Shown here: positions 1 through 8,951 of the stretch, piece after piece
Position numbering within the stretch: position 1 is the first letter of the stretch
Layout of the letters: the number at the start of each line of letters is the position of its first letter
Position numbers and translations under genes: made by a program
Assembly (NCBI GenBank): GCA_963664405.1
Contig: OY761158.1
Span: 3,104,001-3,168,000 of the forward strand
Length of the DNA stretch: 64,000 nucleotides
Direction: 5' to 3'
Source of the DNA: Thermoanaerobaculia bacterium
GTDB taxonomy: Bacteria; Acidobacteriota; Thermoanaerobaculia; Multivoradales; Multivoraceae
The notes under the pieces: generated by a model
The model's database searches: none
Told to the model about the DNA's origin: nothing
What the model saw: only the letters and a program-made list of their open reading frames with translations

Positions 1-576
1 TCGGAGCGCTCGGTTCGCTTCCTCCGCGCGGGTCTCACACTCGATCTCAGCTCGGTGGGAAAGGGCTACGCTCTCGATCGGGCGGCCTCCGTTCTGCGAT
101 CGCAGGGGGTCGTGACAGCTTTGCTTGGCGGAGGTCAGAGCAGCTATGTCGCGGTCGGTTCGCCCCCAGGAGAGAGCGGTTGGCTGGTGACAATCTCGTC
201 GACATCCGAGGACGAGGGCGTGGTATCTCAGGTCCGGCTGCATGACGCTGCGCTCTCGACCTCCGGCGCGCTGGGGAAGTTCTTTGAGCTGGACGGTCGT
301 CGCTATGGGCATATCTTGGATCCGCGGACCGGTTGGCCGGTGGAGACCCTGGCGCAGGTGAGTGTGGTGGCGTCCGATGGAGAGCTGAGCGACACCCTGG
401 CGACAACCTTCGTCGTTTTGGGCGCGGACTCAGCGCCGCCGTTGGCGCGTGAGCTGGGCGTGCGGGTTCTCTTCGTCGATGAGGCTGGGGGGGCGCCAGG
501 GCTGACCAAAATCGATTGGCCTCCTGAGTGGGCGGTCGAGAGGGTAAGATCGCCAGCTGTAGAGAGCCCACAGTGA
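1..576 (+). CDS. apbE: FAD:protein FMN transferase (ApbE), 5'-truncated by window edge
   Basis: Motifs DLSSVGKGYALD, ALSTSG, RYGHILDPRTGWP, SDTLAT typical of ApbE; frame open from window start. Confidence 0.9.
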   Translation, partial: SERSVRFLRAGLTLDLSSVGKGYALDRAASVLRSQGVVTALLGGGQSSYVAVGSPPGESGWLVTISSTSEDEGVVSQVRLHDAALSTSGALGKFFELDGRRYGHILDPRTGWPVETLAQVSVVASDGELSDTLATTFVVLGADSAPPLARELGVRVLFVDEAGGAPGLTKIDWPPEWAVERVRSPAVESPQ

Positions 577-1829
577 TGAATCGACGCGAGTTTCTGCACG
601 GGATGTCCCGGGGCGCAGCCGGCCTGTCGGCCCTCGGCATGACCGGCGCCTGGGCCTCGCCCGCGCGAGCCGCGGTCGCACCTTCGGACCAGATCCGGCT
701 CGGCGTGATCGGTCCCGGAAACCGCGGCAAGGACATGATGCGTCACTTTCTGCGCGTGCCGGGGGTTCATGTCGCCGCACTCTGTGACATCTATGAGCCT
801 CGCTTCGCCGAGGGTCGTCGTGTCACGGGTGAGAGTACGCCGGTCTACACCGACTACCGCCGCATGCTCGAAGGCGCTCACGAGCTCGACGCGGTTCTCA
901 TCGCCACTCCCTTGGATCGTCATGCCGAGCACGTCCTTGGTTGCCTCGATGCCGGGCTTCACGTGTACGGCGAGAAAGCGATGGCCTTCACTGTCGAGGA
1001 GTGCGATGCGGTGGTGCGGGCGGTGCGCAACAGCGGCCGCCGCTATCAAGTGGGCCATCAGTATCGCTACGCGCCCTGGTACCGGCAGGCGGTCGAGCGC
1101 ATCGGGCGCGGCGAGATCGGCAAGGTAACCCACATCTATGCCTACTGGCATCGCAACTTCAACTGGCGGCGGCCGATACCTGATCCTTCACTCGAGCGGC
1201 TGATCAACTGGAGGCTCTACCACGAGTATTCCGGCGGGCTGCTTGCAGAGCTCGGCTCCCATCATCTCGACCTGGCCAACTGGATCTTCGATGAGATGCC
1301 GCATTCGGCCCAGGGCAGCGGCGGTATCGACTTCTATAAAGACGGTCGAGAGGTCCTCGACAACATTCAGGTGCTGTTCGACTACCCCAGTGGCGGAACC
1401 CTTTTCTTCAGCTCGATCACCGGCAACCACCGAGCCGGTTTTCAGATCCAGATCTATGGCACCGGCGGAACCGTCGAGCTCACCCTGCAAGACGGCTTCT
1501 TCTATTACGAGCCGAAGCGGGCCAACTCGGCGGTACCCAGCGATTCGACCGACGAAGGTGTCGTCACGACTCCCTCGCTGAGTACCAGCAGCGATATGCC
1601 CTATCGCGGTCCGGGCCTACCGATCGAGGTGCCGGCGGAGGAGAGTGCCGACCCCAGCTTTCTCTCTGCGAAGGCTTTTGTCGACAGCCTGCGCCAAGAG
1701 AGCCGACCCTTCGCCGACGAGGAAGTGGGTTGGTCCTCGGCGGTGCCGATGATTCTCGGCAACCAGGCTATTCGTAGCGGCAATCGCGTCGACTTTAGGG
1801 ATATGGCCGGGGTTTCGTCGGGCTCTTGA
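576..1829 (+). CDS. Gfo/Idh/MocA family oxidoreductase, Tat-exported
   Basis: MNRREFL twin-arginine signal; GVIGPGNRG Rossmann motif; HVYGEKAM; ELGSHHLD; ATG overlaps the apbE stop (TGATG). Confidence 0.9.
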   Translation: MNRREFLHGMSRGAAGLSALGMTGAWASPARAAVAPSDQIRLGVIGPGNRGKDMMRHFLRVPGVHVAALCDIYEPRFAEGRRVTGESTPVYTDYRRMLEGAHELDAVLIATPLDRHAEHVLGCLDAGLHVYGEKAMAFTVEECDAVVRAVRNSGRRYQVGHQYRYAPWYRQAVERIGRGEIGKVTHIYAYWHRNFNWRRPIPDPSLERLINWRLYHEYSGGLLAELGSHHLDLANWIFDEMPHSAQGSGGIDFYKDGREVLDNIQVLFDYPSGGTLFFSSITGNHRAGFQIQIYGTGGTVELTLQDGFFYYEPKRANSAVPSDSTDEGVVTTPSLSTSSDMPYRGPGLPIEVPAEESADPSFLSAKAFVDSLRQESRPFADEEVGWSSAVPMILGNQAIRSGNRVDFRDMAGVSSGS

Positions 1830-2635
1830 CGGGCAAGGGAGGAGACGCGGTGTGGAGGGCACTCCTGATTGTCGTGGTCCTGGTCGCCTGCTCCGCTGAG
1901 GATGCCGAAATGAGTGTTCATTCCCGCACAGCGCCCCGGTCCCTTGAAGCGGGCTCCGATCCGGAGCGGCGCACCGATTGGGCCGTGCTCTTCGACGGTG
2001 AGAGCTTTGCCGGCTGGAGGGGCCTGGGTCTGGAAGAAGTCCCCTCCGGTCACTGGCGGATCGAGGAAGGTGCCCTCCGCAAGGTAGCGAGCGGCGAGGT
2101 CCCGACCGCTGCCGACGGCCAGCCTCTTGAAGGAGGAGACTTGATGACCAAGGATGCCTGGGGAGCCTTCGAGCTCGCATGGGAATGGAAGGTGGCCCCC
2201 GGCGCGAACAGTGGCATCAAGTACAACGTGTCTGAGGCGATGTCGACGGCCAACGAGCCGGCTCGTGCCGCGCTCGGCTTCGAGTACCAGATTCTGGACG
2301 ACGATCTTCACCCCGACGCCAAGAATGGCGAAAACCGCACCGCCGGCGCTCTTTATGACCTTTTTGCTCCGAGCTCGTCGAAGCGGCTGCGAGCCGTTGG
2401 CGACTGGAACGAGGCGCGTATCGTCTTTGACGGCGCTCACGGTGAGCACTGGCTCAACGGCGAGAAGGTTCTCGAGTACGACCTCGACAGTACCGACTTC
2501 GCGGCCAGCCTCGAGGCGAGTAAGTATCAGCCTGTCGAGGGCTTCGCGGCGCCGCGTCGCGGACATATCGTTCTGCAAGACCACGGTGACGACGTGTGGT
2601 TTCGCAATCTACGGCTTCGGGAGGTGGCGCCATGA
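1826..2635 (+). CDS. DUF1080 (3-keto-disaccharide hydrolase-like) lipoprotein
   Basis: LFDGESFAGW, GANSGIKY, EYQILDD, GHIVLQDHGDDVWFRNLRL; lipobox LVAC; exact start uncertain. Confidence 0.88.
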   Translation: MTGKGGDAVWRALLIVVVLVACSAEDAEMSVHSRTAPRSLEAGSDPERRTDWAVLFDGESFAGWRGLGLEEVPSGHWRIEEGALRKVASGEVPTAADGQPLEGGDLMTKDAWGAFELAWEWKVAPGANSGIKYNVSEAMSTANEPARAALGFEYQILDDDLHPDAKNGENRTAGALYDLFAPSSSKRLRAVGDWNEARIVFDGAHGEHWLNGEKVLEYDLDSTDFAASLEASKYQPVEGFAAPRRGHIVLQDHGDDVWFRNLRLREVAP

Positions 2636-4005
2636 GCTCGTCGATAACACGTCGGCATCTCCTCGGGAGCAGCGCCTGGGTGGGCTTCGGTCTCGCCGCG
2701 CTCGGTCCCGGCCGAGCGGCCAGGAGTGCGGTGGCGGCGAGCGACCGCTTGCGGGTGGCGGTGATGGGTGTCAACTCTCGTGGGCTGGCGCTTGCGAAGT
2801 CCTTCGCTTCCGCTCGCGGCGCCGAGGTGACCTACATTGCGGACGTGGACACCCGAGCTACGGAGCTGGCAATCGCTGCGGTGAGTGAGAAGCGAGAGGT
2901 CGAGATCGATGGCGCCCTCGCCAAGCTCCCCGCTCTCCAGACGAGAGCACCCCGCGGCATCTCGGATTTCCGCCGCGCGCTCGAAGACCCCGACGTCGAT
3001 GCCCTGGTCATCGCCGCACCCGACCACTGGCACGCGCCGGCAACGAATTTGGCACTGCAGGCGGGCAAGCATGTCTACGTCGAGAAGCCGTGCGGCCACA
3101 ACCCCCGTGAAGGCGAGATCCTGGTCGAGGCGCAGCGTCGCCACGGGTTGGTGGTGCAAATGGGGAATCAGCAGCGCTCGGCTCCTGAGTCGATCGAGGT
3201 CATCACCGCGATTCGCGAGGGACTCATCGGCCGCCCTTACTATGCACGCTGTTGGTACGCCAATACTCGTGGCCCTATCGGGCGCGGCCAGCCTGCAGCC
3301 GTGCCGGAGTGGCTCGACTACGATCTCTGGCAGGGGCCGGCTCCGCGTCGCGAGTATCGCGACAATGTCATCCACTACAACTGGCATTGGTTCTGGGATT
3401 GGGGCACCGGAGAGATCTGCAACAACGGCACCCACGAGATCGATGTCTGTCGCTGGGCGCTGGGAGTGGACTACCCTGATAAAGTGACTTCGGCCGGCGG
3501 TCGCTACCACTTCGACGACGATTGGGAGGCCTTCGACACCCAGATCGCCACCTATGACTTTGGTCGCGACGGGACGATCATCTGGGAGGGACGTAGCTGC
3601 AATGGCCTGCCGGTCGAGGGCCGCGGGCGTGGATCGTCGATCCATGGCGAGAAGGGGTCAGTGATCCTCGATCGCGAGGGCTACGTCGTCTACGACAACG
3701 ACAACAACGAGATCAGGCGCAATCTGGTCGGCGAGACTGACAGCGCCCTGGATACGCAGGGTGGCGGTGCGATGACAGATCGCCACATAGGGAACTTCCT
3801 TGCCGCGGTGCGGGGAGAGGAGTCCCTTCGTGGACCTATCGACGAGGGCCACAAGAGCGTGCTGCTCTGCCATCTTGGAAACATCGCCCAGCGTCTGGGT
3901 CGGAGCCTCGACTGCGATCCGGCGACGGGCAACATCTTGGGTGATCGGGAAGCGATGCGGCTGTGGAGCCGCGACTACGAGCCTGGATGGGAGTTGAGGC
4001 TATGA
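2632..4005 (+). CDS. Gfo/Idh/MocA family oxidoreductase, Tat-exported
   Basis: TRRHLLG Tat motif; AVMGVNSRG; APDHWH; GKHVYVEKPC; NNGTHEID. Confidence 0.9.
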   Translation: MSSSITRRHLLGSSAWVGFGLAALGPGRAARSAVAASDRLRVAVMGVNSRGLALAKSFASARGAEVTYIADVDTRATELAIAAVSEKREVEIDGALAKLPALQTRAPRGISDFRRALEDPDVDALVIAAPDHWHAPATNLALQAGKHVYVEKPCGHNPREGEILVEAQRRHGLVVQMGNQQRSAPESIEVITAIREGLIGRPYYARCWYANTRGPIGRGQPAAVPEWLDYDLWQGPAPRREYRDNVIHYNWHWFWDWGTGEICNNGTHEIDVCRWALGVDYPDKVTSAGGRYHFDDDWEAFDTQIATYDFGRDGTIIWEGRSCNGLPVEGRGRGSSIHGEKGSVILDREGYVVYDNDNNEIRRNLVGETDSALDTQGGGAMTDRHIGNFLAAVRGEESLRGPIDEGHKSVLLCHLGNIAQRLGRSLDCDPATGNILGDREAMRLWSRDYEPGWELRL

Positions 4006-6956
4006 GCTCGGGCCGCCTGCGCGTCGTCGCGTCGATTCTCCTCGCTCTGGCCGCTGGCTGGCTCCCGGCGCAGCAGCCCGCGCCTCCGCGACCAGGGGCG
4101 GCAGATTCCGCGCCCGACGACTTTCTGGAAAGCTTCACCTGGCATCCCGGCGGAACACGCGAAGCCGATATGTGGCAGGTGCTGATTCTGTTCGGAGTCG
4201 GCGACCCTGCCGGCGAGGTTTGGGATGGCAGTCTCGAGATTCGTGGCGGCGACATCCTCGCGATCGATGCCCATCGCCAGGAGCCGCCCGATCGCATCCT
4301 GCCCCAGGGTGGCTGGAAGCTGACGACCCAGGCCATCAGAGTCATGCTGGGGTCTTCGGTCTCGCATCTGCCAAGGGTCACGCTCGAGGACGATGTCCTC
4401 TCGAAAGGTTTGTGGGTTCGCGGCAGCGGTAGCGGCGCGACCCAGATCTCGATTACGACCGAGCAGGGTGACTTCTCCTTCAGGCCGATGACCATGGATT
4501 TCGGTCCCTGGCAGAGACCTCTCGAAGGGCGGGTCGCGATCCAGCGCACTCCGCCGGCGACCGATCTCTCCGGAACCGAGCTCCGCCAGCATGATTCGCC
4601 TGCGATCACCGCCGATTCGGAAGGCACCCTCTTCACCACCTGGTACAGCTATCACGACCGCCGCGAAGAGTTGAACTTCCGCCGCTATCACCAGGGCCGT
4701 TGGTCGCGGCTCATCAACGTCGGTCGCGCAGCGGAAGACCTCTGGCGGCCGCAGGTCGTCACCGATGAGAGCAACAAACCGTGGCTGATCTATTCGCAGC
4801 GGCCGTCGAGCGATGGGCCTGGGAACTGGGACATCTATGCGATGGCCTGGGAAGACGACGAGTGGGGGCCCCAGCTCCGCCTGAGCGAGAATCCCTTACC
4901 CGACATCGAGCCTCATGTCGCCAGGGCCGGCGACGGCACTGTCTATGTCGTGTGGCAGTCGTTGGTCGGACGTCACTCCCAGATTCGGCTCAAGTATCTG
5001 CGGGATGGCCGCTGGTCGGAGTCGGTATCGGTCACCAATACGACCGCCAACGACTGGGAGCCGGCGGTCGCCGGCGGAAGCGACGGCACGGCGTGGATCG
5101 TTTGGGATCGATACACCACCGGTCCGAGCGGGAACTACGACGTGCTTGCGCGCACTTTCTCTCCGAGCGCTGGACTCGGCGCCGAGATGCCGATTGCGAC
5201 GACCACCCGATTCGAGGCGCATTCGTCGATCGCCATCGACAAGCAAGGACGCCCATGGGTCGCCTGGGAGACTTCTGGCGTCGGCTGGGGCAAAGACCTC
5301 GGTTTCGATATTGGCGACGTTCAGCCGGGAACGCCCTTGGGTGCCGCCCGCCGCATCGAGGTCGTTTGCTACGACGGTGGTCAGTGGAAAACCCCGGCGG
5401 CGGTGGAGTTCGACGATCCGCTGGCCAAGGGGACCACCGGGGAGAGCCGTCCGCAGCTCTTCTTCGATCCGGATGGCAATCTGTGGATGTCGCTCAAGCG
5501 TCGCTACAGTCGCCGCTCGTATCGTCCCACCCATTACTGGGAGTACTCTCTGACTCGTCTCGACGGCGCCGAGTGGACCGACCCGGTGACATTGCCGCGG
5601 AGTTGGTCGCGCAAGAGCACCCGCATGGGAACAGCCGTTGCCGACGGTCGCTTGTGGGCGTTTTGGCCCGATGAGAGCCGGCAGTGGACCTTTGCCAATC
5701 GCCCTAGACTGAATCGCGTTGTCGGCGGCTCACTGGAGCTGCCGGGGCCGGGTGCCGCGCCGCGGCTGACTCCTTATCGGCCACCGCCGGGGGAGTCCCG
5801 CCCCGACTCGCACCCCACCGAAGTGGACGATGTCCGCTTCATCCGTAACTACCGCGCCGAGCACGAGGGTGAGAGCCTACGCATCGTGCGTGGCGATCTG
5901 CACCGACACACCGAGCTCTCGCAAGACGGGGGTGGAGTCGACGACGGATCGCTGCCCGAGTTCTACCGTTACATGATCGACGCCGCGGAGATGGACTTCG
6001 GCGCTTCCACCGACCATCAGGCCGGCGGGACCGACTTCTGGAACACGATGACCCAGAAGATGGCTGATATGTACCACTTCCCCGACCGCTTCTCGACGCT
6101 CTACGGGTACGAGCGCAATCTGGGCAATCCCTTCGGTCACCGCAACCTCATCTACACCCACCGCAACTATCCAATCGTGCCTTTCTTCATCCCCATGCAT
6201 CCGCGCTTCTTGCTCCCCGAAAGTCCCGACGGCGAGCTGCTGACCATGGGCTCGGCTGCCTTCGGCGCCGGAGTGCGCAACGAGACCAAGCTGATGTTCG
6301 ACATTGCCAGAGAGACCGGCGGGATATCGATCCCGCACACCTCGGGCACCAACTCCATGGGCACCGATTGGCGCGACAACGATCCCGAAGTCGAGCCGGT
6401 CGCCGAGATCTATCAGGGCGCACGTCAGAACTACGAGCACAAGAACGCACCCCGCGGCATTCGCGATGGCGAGGAGGCCGACGCCCTCGGCGGCTTCCAG
6501 GAGGCCGGCATGATGTGGAATGCCTGGAACAAGGGATACCGACTCGGCGTCATCGCCAGCTCGGACCACTTCTCGACCCACATCTCCTATGCGATGGTCT
6601 ACACCCCTGATACCGGTCGCCAGTCGATCCACGACTCGATTCGCAAGCGTCACACCTACGGCGCTACCGACAACATCGTGCTCGACTTCCGAATGGGAGA
6701 GGCGTTCATGGGTGAGGAGATCCGCGCCGCCGAGCCCCAACAGATTCGGGTTCGAGCGCGAGGAACCAACGACATCGCGGCCATTCACCTGATTCGCGAT
6801 GCCACCTATATCTACAAGATCGAGCCTGGTAAGGCCGAGGTCGAGTTCGAGTTTCTCGACAGCGAAGCCCCGTCCGGCGACCATTGGTACTACGTTCGCG
6901 TGGAGCAGATCGACGGCGAGCTGGCCTGGTCGAGCCCAATCTGGATCACCCACTAG
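4002..6956 (+). CDS. Secreted beta-propeller + PHP-like (DUF3604/CehA-McbA-like) metallohydrolase
   Basis: Signal peptide; repeated W-rich propeller blades; GDLHRHT, TDH, IPHT, SSDH metal motifs; C-terminal YYVRV..DGELAWSSPIW. Confidence 0.7.
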   Translation: MSSGRLRVVASILLALAAGWLPAQQPAPPRPGAADSAPDDFLESFTWHPGGTREADMWQVLILFGVGDPAGEVWDGSLEIRGGDILAIDAHRQEPPDRILPQGGWKLTTQAIRVMLGSSVSHLPRVTLEDDVLSKGLWVRGSGSGATQISITTEQGDFSFRPMTMDFGPWQRPLEGRVAIQRTPPATDLSGTELRQHDSPAITADSEGTLFTTWYSYHDRREELNFRRYHQGRWSRLINVGRAAEDLWRPQVVTDESNKPWLIYSQRPSSDGPGNWDIYAMAWEDDEWGPQLRLSENPLPDIEPHVARAGDGTVYVVWQSLVGRHSQIRLKYLRDGRWSESVSVTNTTANDWEPAVAGGSDGTAWIVWDRYTTGPSGNYDVLARTFSPSAGLGAEMPIATTTRFEAHSSIAIDKQGRPWVAWETSGVGWGKDLGFDIGDVQPGTPLGAARRIEVVCYDGGQWKTPAAVEFDDPLAKGTTGESRPQLFFDPDGNLWMSLKRRYSRRSYRPTHYWEYSLTRLDGAEWTDPVTLPRSWSRKSTRMGTAVADGRLWAFWPDESRQWTFANRPRLNRVVGGSLELPGPGAAPRLTPYRPPPGESRPDSHPTEVDDVRFIRNYRAEHEGESLRIVRGDLHRHTELSQDGGGVDDGSLPEFYRYMIDAAEMDFGASTDHQAGGTDFWNTMTQKMADMYHFPDRFSTLYGYERNLGNPFGHRNLIYTHRNYPIVPFFIPMHPRFLLPESPDGELLTMGSAAFGAGVRNETKLMFDIARETGGISIPHTSGTNSMGTDWRDNDPEVEPVAEIYQGARQNYEHKNAPRGIRDGEEADALGGFQEAGMMWNAWNKGYRLGVIASSDHFSTHISYAMVYTPDTGRQSIHDSIRKRHTYGATDNIVLDFRMGEAFMGEEIRAAEPQQIRVRARGTNDIAAIHLIRDATYIYKIEPGKAEVEFEFLDSEAPSGDHWYYVRVEQIDGELAWSSPIWITH

Positions 6957-7129
6957 ACCAGCGTTTCCAAAGTTCGTGTACATAGCTCGAGGTCATTCTG
7001 TTTGCTGGCAAGGCGCACCGACGCAGGCATATTGGGAATATGTCGAGGAGCGGGGGGGCGCCTAGCCAACGCAGCCAGCGAGCAGAAGGGGCCGAGATCT
7101 GTGCGCGAACTTTGGAAACGCTGGTCTAG
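6953..7129. mobile_element. MITE-like element copy 1 (~177 bp)
   Basis: 24-bp perfect terminal inverted repeat CTAGACCAGCGTTTCCAAAGTTCG; internal hairpin GGCATATT-GGG-AATATGTC; no transposase; near-identical inverted copy at 8760-8934. Confidence 0.88.
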
Positions 7130-7148
7130 GACCGAGAAGGGCTGAGCC

Positions 7149-7205
7149 ATGGCCTGGGATTTTGAGACCGACCCCGAATTCCAGCGCGAGCTGTATTGGC
7201 GATAG
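7149..7205 (+). pseudogene. 5' stub resembling an acyl-CoA dehydrogenase N-terminus (MAWDFETDPEFQRELYWR*)
   Basis: ATG with purine-rich upstream sequence; peptide resembles the MAWDFETDPE..LDW start I recall for a bacterial acyl-CoA dehydrogenase subfamily; stops after 18 codons. Confidence 0.55.
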
Positions 7206-7208
7206 GAG

Positions 7209-8762
7209 GTGGGTGTGGCCCCTTCGATTTCAAGACGTGAGTTTTTGGCAGGCACGGTGGGTACCGCCGGCGCGGTGGCGGCCGCGTGCTCTTCGGAGCC
7301 ACAAGCAACTGTGGATTCCGGGGACTCCAGACCGAACATCATCTTGCTGATGGGTGACGATCACGCATGGGACGAGACCGCGTACGCCGGTCACCCGCAC
7401 CTGGTGACGCCGGTGCTCGACGAGATGGCGGCCACCGGGCTGCGTTTCGACAACTTCTATTCGGCGGCACCGGTCTGCTCGCCGACCCGCGGCAGTGTGC
7501 TCACCGGACGGCACCCGAATCGCTACGGGACCTTCACTCCTAATTGGTCGATGCGTCCGGAGGAGACCACGATCGCCCAGATCCTCGGCCGGGCCGGCTA
7601 CGCCTGCGGTCATTTCGGCAAATGGCACGTCGGCACGGTGAAGGCGGGCTCGCCGCTGAATCCGGGCGCGATGGGGTTCGACGAGTGGGTGTCGCACGAC
7701 AACTTCTTCGAAATGAGCCCGCATCTCTCTCGCAACGGTGCTCCCCCCGAGGTGTTCGAGGGGGAGAGCTCCGAAGTCGTGGTCGACGAGACGCTTCGTT
7801 TTATCGATCGGGCCAAAGAGGCCGATCAGCCCTTCTTTGCCGTGGTTTGGTTTGGCTCTCCTCACGAGCCCTACAGTGGTCTGGAGGAGGACCTGGCGCT
7901 CTACGACGACCTGCCGGATCGGTACAACGAGAGCGCCGTGACCCTCACCAGTATGGAGACGGGGCTGCAGGTGGAGCGTCCGCTGGGGGATGTGCTGCGA
8001 GAGCGCTATGCCGAGATCACGGCAATGGATCGCGCCATGGGTACGCTGCGCTCCCATCTAGCCGAAGAGGGTCTTCGGCAGAATACGATGCTCTGGTATT
8101 GCGGCGACAACGGAATCCCGAAGAGCGGCCTCCGCCCCGGTGCACCGTTTCGCGGGTTGAAGGGCGGCGTCTACGAAGGAGGCGTGCGCTCTCCCGGTGT
8201 CATCGAGTGGCCCGGCGGGATCGCCGAGGCCGGGTGCACGTCGGTAAACGCGGTCACCAGCGATATGTTGCCGACCGTTTGTGATCTGGTCGGTGAGCCC
8301 TTGCCTCCCCGCCCCTTGGATGGGATCAGCCTGACAGGGGTGCTCGACGGCGCGATGACCGAGCGACCCACTCCGATCTGCTTCTGGACCTACGAAACGG
8401 CTCACGAAGTCGCGAAGCACACCGACCCCTACATCGATCCATCGCAACAGGTGGGCACGACGCCAACGGCGAAAGTGATGGACGGGCTCTTTACCCGGAG
8501 CTTTCAGAACGTCCATCACCGCGAGATCAGCGAAGAGGACTTCCTCGGAGCGCGGGCGATACTGGGCAATCGTTACAAGTTGGTGCTCGGTGGTGAAGCC
8601 GGAAACGAAGAAGCCAGAGAGCTCTTTGACATGCCCCAAGATCAGAACGAGGAAGAGAACCTCTTCGATGACGAGCCCGAGATCGCCGCCGATCTCGAAG
8701 AGCAGCTTCGGGAGTGGCAGCAGTCTGTCCTCAACAGTCTCACCGGCGCCGACTATGTTTAG
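7209..8762 (+). CDS. Formylglycine-dependent sulfatase (Tat lipoprotein)
   Basis: SRREFLAG Tat motif, AAAC lipobox, PNIILLMGDD, CSPTRGSVLTGR (CxPxR), GKWH, GDNG. Confidence 0.92.
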   Translation: MGVAPSISRREFLAGTVGTAGAVAAACSSEPQATVDSGDSRPNIILLMGDDHAWDETAYAGHPHLVTPVLDEMAATGLRFDNFYSAAPVCSPTRGSVLTGRHPNRYGTFTPNWSMRPEETTIAQILGRAGYACGHFGKWHVGTVKAGSPLNPGAMGFDEWVSHDNFFEMSPHLSRNGAPPEVFEGESSEVVVDETLRFIDRAKEADQPFFAVVWFGSPHEPYSGLEEDLALYDDLPDRYNESAVTLTSMETGLQVERPLGDVLRERYAEITAMDRAMGTLRSHLAEEGLRQNTMLWYCGDNGIPKSGLRPGAPFRGLKGGVYEGGVRSPGVIEWPGGIAEAGCTSVNAVTSDMLPTVCDLVGEPLPPRPLDGISLTGVLDGAMTERPTPICFWTYETAHEVAKHTDPYIDPSQQVGTTPTAKVMDGLFTRSFQNVHHREISEEDFLGARAILGNRYKLVLGGEAGNEEARELFDMPQDQNEEENLFDDEPEIAADLEEQLREWQQSVLNSLTGADYV

Positions 8763-8934
8763 ACCAGCGTTTCCAAAGTTCGCGCACATATCTCGGCCCC
8801 TTCTGCTCGCTGGCGGCGTTGGCTAGGCGCCCCCCCGCTCCTCGACATATTGCCCAATATGCTTGCGTCGGCGCGCTTTGCCAGCAAACAGAATGAACTC
8901 GAGCTATGTACACGAACTTTGGAAACGCTGGTCT
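8760..8934. mobile_element. MITE-like element copy 2, inverted relative to copy 1
   Basis: Reverse complement of 6953-7129 with a few substitutions; same TIR AGACCAGCGTTTCCAAAGTTCG. Confidence 0.88.
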
Positions 8935-8951
8935 CTAGTGGCGAGCTCCCG

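Noticed and set aside
8850-8951. N-terminal extension of the amidohydrolase in the ORF track
   Set aside because: It is MITE sequence; the signal peptide starts at 8952
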